64,000 nucleotides of DNA, taken from an uncultured bacterium (lineage in GTDB: Bacteria; Krumholzibacteriota; Krumholzibacteriia; Krumholzibacteriales; Krumholzibacteriaceae). Location: the NCBI GenBank assembly GCA_963813815.1, contig CAWFAD010000005.1:32001-96000 (forward strand), given 5' to 3'. The notes under the pieces were generated by a model. That model worked only from the letters and a program-made list of their open reading frames with translations, made no database searches and had not been told where the DNA came from. The translations under genes and the position numbers were made by a program. Shown in pieces: positions 39,992-48,824 of this stretch (positions within the stretch are counted from its first letter, which is position 1; every line of letters begins with the position of its first letter).

Positions 39992-42094
39992 CTAGCGCTT
40001 TCCTTTCCTCTCGATGGCGCGGAGCGCCTCGGCCGTTTCGGCGAGCATCGCCTCCGCCCCCACGCGCGAGCCCACGGCGTTCATCATCCAGAGATCGGGA
40101 AGGAGATTGCCATACGTCGCCATCCGCTCGAACTCCGGTCCGATCCGCCCCGCCCCCTCGATCTTTCTCTCGATCTGCACGGACATGAGGTGTCCCATCG
40201 GATAGTCCGGCAGATAGAGGGAGGATTCGATCATGTGCGAGTAGACGGCGAGCAGCATGACGTCCTTCTTCTTGAAGACCGGGGCGTAGTAGCGGTTCCA
40301 GACGTCCTTCGCGATGCCGATAACGGCCTCGCGAAGCTCGGCGGGCGTCGCCTGCGGGTGATCGTACATCCAGTGCCACACCGCCATGTCCACGAGGGAG
40401 ACGCCGGCGATCTCGTACGCCCCCCAGAAATCGTTCAGCATCCGCATCGCCGCGGTCGTCTCGTCGGAGTCGACCGGCAGGTCGAGCAGCTCGAGGTCAC
40501 GCGCCTGAAAGACGAAGGCGAAGGCCTCGGTGAACGCCGTGTTCGGCACTCCCTGCAGCATCGTGTGATCGACGTCGTTCAGCGAGAGGACCTGCTCGAC
40601 GTTGTGGCCGAGCTCGTGAACGGCGATGTTGAACCCCTTGTAGTCCATCCCGTCCGGGCGCACCCTCGTCCGAAGGCGCGCCACGGCGCCCTTCATCTCG
40701 GCGCCCGAGGCGTGCCCCGAGCCTCGGGCCGGATCGACCGCGATGTGGCGGGCGAGGTACTCGGCCCGATCCCGCTCGAATCCGAGCTTCACGAGGATGT
40801 TCGGGATGTCGCGCTCGAAGGCTTCGGGATTCGGATACTTCGCCGCGACGATCTTGTCGAGCTCCGCCTCGTTCCGGGGGCTCGCCGGCCGAAAGCCGCT
40901 GTACCAGATGTCGTACGGCTCGAGCGCGCGTCCGAGCTTGCGCTCGATGAGGCGGGCGACCTTCGGCACGAGCGGCGACGCGCATACCTGCTCGAACATC
41001 TCCCGGACGCGCTCCTCGGGAATCTCGCGCTCCTCGTCGAACTTGCGCGCGATGTGCGTCGGCGCCGTCGGCGAGTAGGGATCGATGAGACGCGCCGCCG
41101 CGAAGGTCGACAGCAGCGTGGCGTAGCGCGTGTCCGGCTCGCGGTCGTTCGAGGGAGACGCCGCCGGCTCGACGTCGGCGTCCTTCACCGCCGCCGGCGC
41201 GACTTCGTTCGTGTACGGGTTCCAGTCGACGGCGGGGTTATTGATCACGATCTCCGGGATCGTCTGCGTGATGATGCGTTCCATGACCTTCACGATCATG
41301 CGTTGCTTCGCGGGACCGTCCGCCGCGTCGCGGTAGCTCGTCTTGAGCTCGTCGCGGACATTCCAATGCATCAGGAGGCACATCCCGGGCGGAAAAAGGC
41401 GCTTCCCCGAATCATCGAGCAGATGGTGCATCCAGATGTTGTAGCTCGCGATGTACGCCTCCGCGTCGGCGGTGATCTTGGCGACCTCGAGGCTCACGCG
41501 CGACGGCACGCGCGCCGAGAAACGCTCGGCGAGGCGGGCCTCCGCCCATTCCCTCCTGCTCCAGCTGTTCCCCCGCTCGAGCCGCTCCTCGAGCGTCGTA
41601 AGCGGAAAATTGAGCAGCGCAACGAAAGCGATCTTGTTCGCGAAAAAATCGTCGTTGACGTGCGCCTCCGGTTCGTATCCGGCGAACGTCTCGTCGATGG
41701 GAAGTATCGGGCCGAGATCGAGCTCGGCCTGCCACTTGAGCGCCGTCCTGATCTCGTGCATGTGGCCATCGAGCTTGTCGAGGACGCGCTCGAAGCGATT
41801 AAAAACCACGTCGCGCGTCGCCTCGTCCCCCGCGAAGCTCTCGCGCACGAACGCCTCGAACGAGGCCTCGTCCCCATCCTCCGCGCGCCAGAACGAGGCG
41901 ACCTGCTCCATGCCGCGGCGCGCGCCCTCGCGCGCAACCTCGCCGTATTTGGCGACGAGCTCGGGTTCGAGCTTCGCGATCGACCCGTTCATCCACAACG
42001 GCCGCTCCGCCTGCCCCCGCGCCGGCGTAATGCCGGACGAGCAGAAGGCGACCAGTGCGACGGCCAGACAGGCGAAAAGCTTCATCTCGTTCAT
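39992..42094 (-). CDS. Secreted gluzincin-like (M3/M32-like) metallopeptidase homolog
   Basis: Signal peptide; AVHELGH followed about 25 aa later by FTEAFA. Confidence 0.65.
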   Translation of the reverse strand: MNEMKLFACLAVALVAFCSSGITPARGQAERPLWMNGSIAKLEPELVAKYGEVAREGARRGMEQVASFWRAEDGDEASFEAFVRESFAGDEATRDVVFNRFERVLDKLDGHMHEIRTALKWQAELDLGPILPIDETFAGYEPEAHVNDDFFANKIAFVALLNFPLTTLEERLERGNSWSRREWAEARLAERFSARVPSRVSLEVAKITADAEAYIASYNIWMHHLLDDSGKRLFPPGMCLLMHWNVRDELKTSYRDAADGPAKQRMIVKVMERIITQTIPEIVINNPAVDWNPYTNEVAPAAVKDADVEPAASPSNDREPDTRYATLLSTFAAARLIDPYSPTAPTHIARKFDEEREIPEERVREMFEQVCASPLVPKVARLIERKLGRALEPYDIWYSGFRPASPRNEAELDKIVAAKYPNPEAFERDIPNILVKLGFERDRAEYLARHIAVDPARGSGHASGAEMKGAVARLRTRVRPDGMDYKGFNIAVHELGHNVEQVLSLNDVDHTMLQGVPNTAFTEAFAFVFQARDLELLDLPVDSDETTAAMRMLNDFWGAYEIAGVSLVDMAVWHWMYDHPQATPAELREAVIGIAKDVWNRYYAPVFKKKDVMLLAVYSHMIESSLYLPDYPMGHLMSVQIERKIEGAGRIGPEFERMATYGNLLPDLWMMNAVGSRVGAEAMLAETAEALRAIERKGKR

Positions 42095-42340
42095 CAGCAG
42101 CTCCTTTTTGAACCATTTCTCGAAGGCGGATGGCCACTGGACTATTTCTGTTACAAATAAATACGTTAGCCGGCTGAGTCAATCAGAAAATCATTCTTTG
42201 CTTCCGGGCCGGGCGCCCGGTTTCGCTTTTGGGGCCTCTTGAACTGAACGATAATTATTGTAATTTGGAACCATTTAGAATATAATAATCTTTACTAAAT
42301 ACAAGCTTACTTTGAGAATCCCCTTTAAAGGAGAGGAACT

Positions 42341-42901
42341 ATGAAAACATTGCGGACATCGGCGCTCATTGCCTCCATATGCGCTCTTTTGGCGCTCCCG
42401 GCTGTCGTGCACGCGATCGGTAACGGAACCGCCCGGCTTGCCAATGTGACGCCGCTCTCCGGAGGCTGCGTCATGGGCCCGACGGGCCAGTACGTTCAGG
42501 CGTGGGACGTGGAACCGGGCCAGGCCTACGCCGTCACGCTCTCCAACGTGACGGAATGCGCGAACGGCGGCACCGCTCCGACGCTCAACGTCAGGGTGAA
42601 CGGCACGACGGGCAACATGGATTTCGTCGCCGTCTACGTTTCGCCGGGCGTGTACACGTTCGACTGCACGTTGCCGGGAAACGCCGCCTGCACGTATCCG
42701 ATTCTCTACTGCACGGTGCCTGGCAAGGCCAGCACCGGGCTCTTCGCCATCAGGAACGACGGCGGGAGCTTCCAGGCGCACTTGCGCCCCTCTTCGTTCG
42801 ACGAGGGATGCGCCAGCCCGATGCCGATCCTCGGCCCCGATTGCACAATGGTCGGAACCGAAGAATCGACGTGGAGCGCGATAAAGGAGATCTTCCGCTA
42901 G
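42341..42901 (+). CDS. Secreted Cys-containing hypothetical protein with C-terminal TW-x-x-IK tail
   Basis: Strong RBS (GGAGAGGA), signal peptide ending VHA, ends EESTWSAIKEIFR. Confidence 0.8.
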   Translation: MKTLRTSALIASICALLALPAVVHAIGNGTARLANVTPLSGGCVMGPTGQYVQAWDVEPGQAYAVTLSNVTECANGGTAPTLNVRVNGTTGNMDFVAVYVSPGVYTFDCTLPGNAACTYPILYCTVPGKASTGLFAIRNDGGSFQAHLRPSSFDEGCASPMPILGPDCTMVGTEESTWSAIKEIFR

Positions 42902-42966
42902 GACAAGCGATCGATTCGCCCTATCGCGGGCTGCGGAGAATCGGCCTCCCCGCCAAGCAACTCGAC

Positions 42967-43374
42967 TCAGCGGTTGGTCAGATAGGGGACTCCGTGCGCC
43001 AGCGCCCATAGCGCGACGGAGGCCGCCAACAATTTGATCACATACGCGCGCCAGTGCTTGAGGGTGGCCGGTTCACAATTCGAGGTGAGCCCGTTCAGCC
43101 GAGTAATATCGAGGTAACGAACCAAGATAAGCCCCGCGACGATCGCCCAAAAAACGACATCGATATAAGAGAACGCCTTTCTCTGAAAGATGAACGCCGC
43201 AAGCATGAGCATCGCCATGGTGCCCGCTATGAGCCAAAGAATGCGCACGATGAGACCGAGGCAACCCATTGGCGCGGGCTCTGGCACAATTTGCTGGGAT
43301 TGATCCTGATTCGACACGGCCACCTCCCAAGAGACGTCCGTTTCCGAACGCCGCCGTGAAACGCATCGCAACAA
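42967..43374 (-). CDS. Small membrane protein (3 TM); true start probably further downstream
   Basis: Hydrophobic helices; GGAGG precedes GTG near 43317. Confidence 0.6.
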   Translation of the reverse strand: MLRCVSRRRSETDVSWEVAVSNQDQSQQIVPEPAPMGCLGLIVRILWLIAGTMAMLMLAAFIFQRKAFSYIDVVFWAIVAGLILVRYLDITRLNGLTSNCEPATLKHWRAYVIKLLAASVALWALAHGVPYLTNR

Positions 43375-43538
43375 AGCGTTCCATAGCTCTCTGGGATGGC
43401 GGCCCGACCATCCGTGTGTCCTGCGGTGGCCCGAGACTGACCACTACACCCTTGCGACGCGGGCAGCAACGCTCCCGCCGCACTCAACATAGCAGGAATC
43501 GGCTCAACATCCAACAGTCTTTTCGAATATCAAAGAAT

Positions 43539-43615
43539 TGGCGTCCCCAACGGGATTTGAACCCGTGTTGCCGCCGTGAAAGGGCGGTGTCCTATCCGGG
43601 CTAGACGATGGGGAC
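43539..43615 (-). tRNA. tRNA-Glu (TTC)
   Basis: GTCCCCATCGTCTAG..CCGCC-CTTTCAC-GGCGG..GGTTCAAATCC..TGGGGACGCCA cloverleaf with encoded CCA. Confidence 0.97.
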
Positions 43616-43632
43616 GCTCATAGAGACACAGC

Positions 43633-43661
43633 AATTTATCGAACAAAACCCCGCTCGTCAA
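43633..43661 (-). promoter_or_regulatory. Putative sigma70 promoter of tRNA-Glu
   Basis: Minus strand TTGACG-17nt-TAAATT, overlapping the lexA stop. Confidence 0.5.
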
Positions 43662-44314
43662 CGGGAAAAGGCGCTCCGGCGCCCTGGAAAGCGCCGAATG
43701 ACCCCGACGACGGCGCCGATGACGGCCGCGCGGTCGCCCCTCTCCCCCGAGAGCTCGATCGGCTCGTAGGCGGGATTCGCGGGCTCGAGAACGACGCGGG
43801 TCCCCTTCCGCGCGAAGCGTTTGACGGTCGTTTCGCCGTCGACGATCGCGACGACGAGGCTCCCCGGCTCGCATGAGGAGGTCTTCCGCACGACCACGAG
43901 ATCGCCGGGAACGATGTGCTCGCCGGTCATGCTCTCCCCCTTCACCTCGAGGATGAAATCCCCCCGACCCGCGAAGAGCCGCTCGTCGAGAAGCAGGGAG
44001 CCCTCTCCTTCCTCGCAGGGAGCCTCGGGCTTCCCCGCCGCCACGCGTCCCGCGAGAGGATAGGCCCTCACGGAGGCTCCCCCGCTCCCGGCCGGCGCGT
44101 CCTCGCACACGATCTCGATTGCGCGTGAGATCCCGCGCGTCCTCCTGATGCACCCCTTCCGCTCGAGGGCCCGAAGGTGATCGACCACTCCCCGATTCGA
44201 GCGCAGACCGAAAGCCGTTCGAATCTCCCGTATCGTCGGCGGATAGCCGTGGCGCCGCGCGTATTCCCGCAGGAACGAAAGCACGCGCTGTTGCCGCGCC
44301 GTGAGCCCGGTCAT
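43658..44314 (-). CDS. lexA: SOS repressor LexA
   Basis: LTARQ..GYPPTIREI..HLRALERKG HTH; VAAG cleavage site; GESM (Ser); TVKR (Lys). Confidence 0.93.
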   Translation of the reverse strand: MTGLTARQQRVLSFLREYARRHGYPPTIREIRTAFGLRSNRGVVDHLRALERKGCIRRTRGISRAIEIVCEDAPAGSGGASVRAYPLAGRVAAGKPEAPCEEGEGSLLLDERLFAGRGDFILEVKGESMTGEHIVPGDLVVVRKTSSCEPGSLVVAIVDGETTVKRFARKGTRVVLEPANPAYEPIELSGERGDRAAVIGAVVGVIRRFPGRRSAFSR

Positions 44315-47139
44315 CGCTTTCCCGTCTCCTTTCCCGGCCGCCCGCCGGTCGATCCCCCCGGATCGTCCGTCCCGGCGTCGAAGAGCGATATCTGACGCTC
44401 CGATGCGCGGCGCCTTTCCCTGCGCGCGCTCGTCCGGGCCGCCGGCGGCGCCACGCCCGGCTCGACGGCGCCATGGTAGAACTCGCCGCACAGAGTCCTC
44501 AGCCGATCCCGCCCGAAACCGCTGTCGTCGAAGATGCCGTTCTCGACGAGCTCGAGCGCCGAGCGCTCGGACACGCGCCCTTTCATCCGCTCGAGAAAGT
44601 CGCCGAGCGAAGCGAAATCGCCCTTCCAAATCCGCTCCTCTACGATCGCCTCCCACTCTCCCTTGTCGAGCGCGACGACGGTCTGGAGCGGAGCGCGGAT
44701 GACGCCGTCCTCGTAGGAGAACGACATCGCGTCGGCGTTGATCCCGAAAGGCACGACCGCCGTGCCCTTCGATCGAACGTACTTGAGGTATCGCTGCATC
44801 CGCTCCTTCACGTCCACGTTGCTGTTGAGGAGCGCGGTGAAATACCTCTCGAAGGCATGGGCCTTGAGGTACGCCGTCCGGTAGCTCACCGAGGCCTGCG
44901 CGCAGCTGAGGGCCTTGCTGTGCGTGAAGGGGATCGCATAAAGCAGAAAGTCGAAGATGCGCTCGGCGTCCTCCTCGTTCGTGCCCGCGTCCATCGCGCT
45001 CCGTATGTAGGCGAGCCGGGCCGCCTGGAGCTCGCCGGAGTCGCGATCCCGCAGCGCCCGCTCGACGGCGACGGCCTCCGCGCCGCGCAGCCCCGCCGTC
45101 TCTTCGAGAATCTCGCGCACCTGCTCCCGGTAGAGAAGGACGCCGCGCGTAAGCGCGAGGATCCCCGCCAGCGACGGATGCGGAAGATTCACCTTGCCCT
45201 TTTTCTCCGCGTTATCGCGGTACTTTTCCCACAGCCTGCCCTCCATGGGCCCCGGCCGGTAGAGCGAAATGACGTTGACGAGCTCGTTGAAAGAGGACGG
45301 CTTGATATCCCTCAGGTGATCCTGAATGCCCCGGCTCTCGAGCAGGTAGACCCCTTCCGTTTCGCCCGTCGAAAGGAGGGCGTACACGTGAGGATCGTCG
45401 AGGGAGGGCGGCATCCAACGCCCCACTTCCCCGGCGCCGGCCACGGCGAGCTCCTCTCCCGGCTGCGAGCGGGAGAGCTCGATCGTCTCGACGATCGCCG
45501 AGAGAAAATGCGAATGTTGAATGCCGAGAAGCCAGCCGCCACACGATTCGATCGCGGCCGCGCCGAGCTCGATGAACCGGTCGCCCGCCGGACCAGCGAC
45601 GAATGACGCGAACCCCTCCATCTCGCGGGGCAGGATCACGATCCGGGAGCTGTCGAGGGTGGAATGAAAGAGCCTCCCCTGCAGCGCGAAAGCCGCATGC
45701 AGCACCTCTCTCGCGAGCGGCTCGGCGGTATAGAGCCGCTGGGCGTCGGGAGAGGCCGCGAGAAGCGAGGCGAGGCTTCGGTGCCTGCGATCGAACGCGC
45801 GGACCGAGGCGAGCTCGTTGCGGAGGTCGACGGGGACCTTGAGAACCTCCGCGGTCTCCTTCACGATCGTCGCGAGCGACATCTCCTCCCGCTTGGCCTG
45901 GTACGTCGGCGCGTAACCCGGCAGGAGCGAGGCGACGAGCCCGACGAGCTCCTCCTTTTTCGCTTCCGAAGTGATCAGCTCCACGGGGGGCGGCACGCCG
46001 CGTCCCGAGAGGGAAAACGACTCGAAAAAAAGATCGTGATCGGCCGGATTGAGCGGTATGACCTCGATGCAGTGCGCGACGAGGCTCTCGAGGAGCGGAC
46101 TCCCCATGAGCTCGATCCGGATGCCCCGCTCCGCGGCGAGGGAGGAAAGCCCGCGCAGAAAGATCAGAAATCCCGCGATCCCCTCATCCCCCGCGCTCCG
46201 GAGCTCGCGCTCCATGAGCCGGGCGAGATGGGCCCGCTCGTCGTGAGGCCGATTGTGAAACGCGAGCTTGAAGCGGCGGCGGCACCGGTCGGCGAGCGCC
46301 TCGGACGCATTGGGAACGCTCGAAAAGGCGATCCGCCCACCGCGAGGCAGATCGACGGCGCAGCGGGCGGCGATCTCCCCCGATCGCTCGAAGACCTCCG
46401 CGCCGCCCATGAAGAGCGGGGCGAGCTCGCGTTCCCGTTTCAGGTGGTACTCTTCCGTTTGCGGCTCCTTCCCCTCCTCCTTTTCCCCCTTCGTGCCGAT
46501 GCGCCTCGCGATGCGGTAATGCTCCGCGTCCTCCTTGAGCGCGTACCGGTCGTTGTTCGTCACGACGGCGTCGACGTGCGCCTTGCCGGCGATGACGACG
46601 AGCTGCTCGGCAACGAGCGGCTCCTGGCCCGCGTTATGGTTCATGAGCTCGACGAAAACGTTCTCCCGTCCGCAGATCTCCGAGAGCCTCACGATGACGT
46701 CGCGCGCGCGGCCGAGCGTCCCGTGCAGCACCGCCTGCGCCGCCTCTCCGCGAATGCACCCGCTCAGCACGATGAGACCCTCGCGATGCGCCGCGAGATC
46801 GTCCGCCGTGACGAACCCCCCCCGATCGCGCGTGGCGTGGAGCGACACGAGCGAACACAGATTGCGGTAGCCGATGTTGCTCTCCGCGAGCACGGTCAGG
46901 TGGTAGAGCCCGAGCGCCCCCGTCAGGGACGCGTGCCGGAGCTCCGCGCCGAACACCGGCTTGATCCCGGCCCGCCTCGCGAGCTCGTCGAACTCATAAT
47001 GTCCGTGGGTGGAGCAGTGGTCGGTGACGGCGATGGCGCCGAATCCGAGGTAAGATGCGCGCGAGACCATATCGGAGAGCGTGAGCAGACTCTCCGAATC
47101 GCTGTACACGCTGTGAACATGGAGCGGAACGTACGCCAC
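44311..47139 (-). CDS. DnaE (Pol III alpha)-like protein, PHP plus degenerate polymerase domain; predicted polymerase-inactive
   Basis: HVHSVYS, AVTDH, GAE, SGC, TEGVYLLES, SLYRPGP, FTHSKA..YRTAYLKAH; catalytic PDxDxDF replaced by PPVELIT; GTG start with GGAGG RBS. Confidence 0.85.
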   Translation of the reverse strand: MAYVPLHVHSVYSDSESLLTLSDMVSRASYLGFGAIAVTDHCSTHGHYEFDELARRAGIKPVFGAELRHASLTGALGLYHLTVLAESNIGYRNLCSLVSLHATRDRGGFVTADDLAAHREGLIVLSGCIRGEAAQAVLHGTLGRARDVIVRLSEICGRENVFVELMNHNAGQEPLVAEQLVVIAGKAHVDAVVTNNDRYALKEDAEHYRIARRIGTKGEKEEGKEPQTEEYHLKRERELAPLFMGGAEVFERSGEIAARCAVDLPRGGRIAFSSVPNASEALADRCRRRFKLAFHNRPHDERAHLARLMERELRSAGDEGIAGFLIFLRGLSSLAAERGIRIELMGSPLLESLVAHCIEVIPLNPADHDLFFESFSLSGRGVPPPVELITSEAKKEELVGLVASLLPGYAPTYQAKREEMSLATIVKETAEVLKVPVDLRNELASVRAFDRRHRSLASLLAASPDAQRLYTAEPLAREVLHAAFALQGRLFHSTLDSSRIVILPREMEGFASFVAGPAGDRFIELGAAAIESCGGWLLGIQHSHFLSAIVETIELSRSQPGEELAVAGAGEVGRWMPPSLDDPHVYALLSTGETEGVYLLESRGIQDHLRDIKPSSFNELVNVISLYRPGPMEGRLWEKYRDNAEKKGKVNLPHPSLAGILALTRGVLLYREQVREILEETAGLRGAEAVAVERALRDRDSGELQAARLAYIRSAMDAGTNEEDAERIFDFLLYAIPFTHSKALSCAQASVSYRTAYLKAHAFERYFTALLNSNVDVKERMQRYLKYVRSKGTAVVPFGINADAMSFSYEDGVIRAPLQTVVALDKGEWEAIVEERIWKGDFASLGDFLERMKGRVSERSALELVENGIFDDSGFGRDRLRTLCGEFYHGAVEPGVAPPAARTSARRERRRASERQISLFDAGTDDPGGSTGGRPGKETGKR

Positions 47140-47168
47140 CGTAAAACCTCCCGCTGGAGCGCGCGGCC

Positions 47169-47197
47169 ATACTACTAAACATTTGTACACATTGCAA
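47169..47197 (-). promoter_or_regulatory. Sigma70 promoter of the dnaE-like/lexA operon with a candidate SOS box (47177-47188)
   Basis: Minus strand TTGCAA-17nt-TAGTAT; the spacer contains GTAC-AAAT-GTTT, resembling GAAC-N4-GTTC LexA boxes. Confidence 0.6.
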
Positions 47198-47345
47198 TCG
47201 AATCCCGGCCGCCCGGCGCGCGGTCCGCGCCCTCCGGATGAAACCATTACTCTTTGAATCCGCGGGGGCGATGGGCTACACTCCGGCCCATCGCGCTCCG
47301 TTGAACCGGACAGGGAAACCGCCGAGAGAGGGAGGCTCGCCGCTC

Positions 47346-48140
47346 ATGCGAACGTTGCAATCGAAGCTGTACGAAATGCTCGAGCTCTCCACCGGCTCGC
47401 GGGCCGGACGGCTCGCGAACGCGATGCTCGTCGTGCTCATCATCGCCAACGTCGTCGCCGTGACCCTGCACACGGTGCACCCGTACGCGGCGCGGTACGC
47501 GCGGGAATTTCGCCTCTTCGAGCTCGTTTCCGTGATCGTTTTTTCGATCGAATACATCCTCCGGATGTGGGTCTGCACGCGGGACAAGAAATACGGAAAA
47601 CCCCTCACCGGCCGGATCAAGTACTTCTTCTCCCCCCTCGCGCTCATCGATCTCGCGGCCGTGCTCCCCTTCTACCTGCCGATGCTCATACCCATCGATC
47701 TCATCTTCATGCGCGCGCTCCGCATCATGCGCCTCCTGCGCCTGCTCAAGCTCGGGCGCTACTCGGAATCGATCCGCACGATGGGCGCGGTGATGAACGC
47801 AAAAAGGGAGGAGCTCGGGGTGGCGCTCGCGATGTCTCTCATACTCCTCCTCATCGCCTCGACCCTCATGTACTTCATCGAAGGAGGGGCGCAACCGGAC
47901 GTCTTTTCGAGCATTCCGGCGGCCATGTGGTGGGGTGTCGTCACCATGACGACCGTGGGTTACGGAGACGCTTTTCCCATCACTCCGGCTGGGAAGATTC
48001 TGAGCGGGATCATCGCCGTTCTCGGCATCGGACTCTTCATTCTCCCGGCGAGCATCATCGCCGGGGGATACGGCGAGCAGATTCGCGAGAGGCGCGGCGC
48101 CCAGCGCGCGTGTCCCCACTGCGGAAAGCCGCTCCCCTGA
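47346..48140 (+). CDS. Voltage-gated K+ channel (ion transporter)
   Basis: S4-like RALRIMRLLRLLKLGRY, filter TTVGYGD, C-terminal CPHCG. Confidence 0.92.
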   Translation: MRTLQSKLYEMLELSTGSRAGRLANAMLVVLIIANVVAVTLHTVHPYAARYAREFRLFELVSVIVFSIEYILRMWVCTRDKKYGKPLTGRIKYFFSPLALIDLAAVLPFYLPMLIPIDLIFMRALRIMRLLRLLKLGRYSESIRTMGAVMNAKREELGVALAMSLILLLIASTLMYFIEGGAQPDVFSSIPAAMWWGVVTMTTVGYGDAFPITPAGKILSGIIAVLGIGLFILPASIIAGGYGEQIRERRGAQRACPHCGKPLP

Positions 48141-48162
48141 CGAGCGAAGATGAAGAGCTCCG

Positions 48163-48693
48163 TTATTGCGCGGCGCCGTCGTCGACGGCGGCGAGAGCGC
48201 ACGAGGATGCGTCGTCCTTGTTGAACGTCAGGGTGTAATGGCGCGCCGTTCCGGGAGCGACCGGGATGTTCTCGAGATCGATCGCTTTTGGCTCCCCGGC
48301 CTTGTCGTACATCCGGATGTATATATCGCACTCCGCGCCGGCCACGGCGACGATCGTGAGCCGGTATTCACCCGTCTCGGGGCCCATTATTTCGAGGATC
48401 CTATTCTCCATTCGCCCGTCGCCCTCGGGGTCCTCGATGGCCTCTTCGAAGTATGCCGAGCGCGGAATTTCTCCCAACGGCTTCTCCCATGCCGGATCGA
48501 GGCCCGTCCGCCGGCCGAGAGCGTCCGTGAGATAGAACTCGCAGTCCATCCCGGAAACGATCGCGATGCCCGACATGTCCTTCTCTCGATCCGAGGCGCG
48601 CTCCGACCGGGCCGAGCCCCGACAGCCGAAAAGGATAATTCCGATCGCGCAGCAGCCCAGCGTCACGACCGAATGCCTCATGACCATCGCCAC
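48163..48693 (-). CDS. Hypothetical lipoprotein
   Basis: LFGC lipobox; TDALGRRTG beta-rich domain. Confidence 0.55.
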   Translation of the reverse strand: MAMVMRHSVVTLGCCAIGIILFGCRGSARSERASDREKDMSGIAIVSGMDCEFYLTDALGRRTGLDPAWEKPLGEIPRSAYFEEAIEDPEGDGRMENRILEIMGPETGEYRLTIVAVAGAECDIYIRMYDKAGEPKAIDLENIPVAPGTARHYTLTFNKDDASSCALAAVDDGAAQ

Positions 48694-48722
48694 CTATCCG
48701 CCGGGGCCGGCGTCGATCTTGT

Positions 48723-48751
48723 TTGAAATTCCTTGACCGATGCGCTACCAT
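48723..48751 (+). promoter_or_regulatory. Putative sigma70 promoter for the rsbU-like operon
   Basis: TTGAAA-17nt-TACCAT. Confidence 0.5.
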
Positions 48752-48824
48752 GCATGCCATGGCGCCGCGGGCCACCGCCGCGCTGCGGCTCATTTCGAAA
48801 CATCGCATACAGGGGGGTTCGGTC

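Noticed and set aside
42245..42300. Fur-like box in the AT-rich region upstream of 42341
   Set aside because: Only a partial GATAAT match in generally AT-rich DNA; not supportable.
43350..43361. 12-bp direct repeat (GCCGCCGTGAAA) of the tRNA-Glu anticodon arm (43570-43581) as an att site
   Set aside because: The match does not extend through the T-arm or acceptor end and there is no integrase; it could be chance in GC-rich DNA.
43658..47139. Standard lexA-imuA-imuB-dnaE2 mutagenesis cassette
   Set aside because: No imuA/imuB is adjacent, the gene order differs, and the DnaE lacks its catalytic residues.
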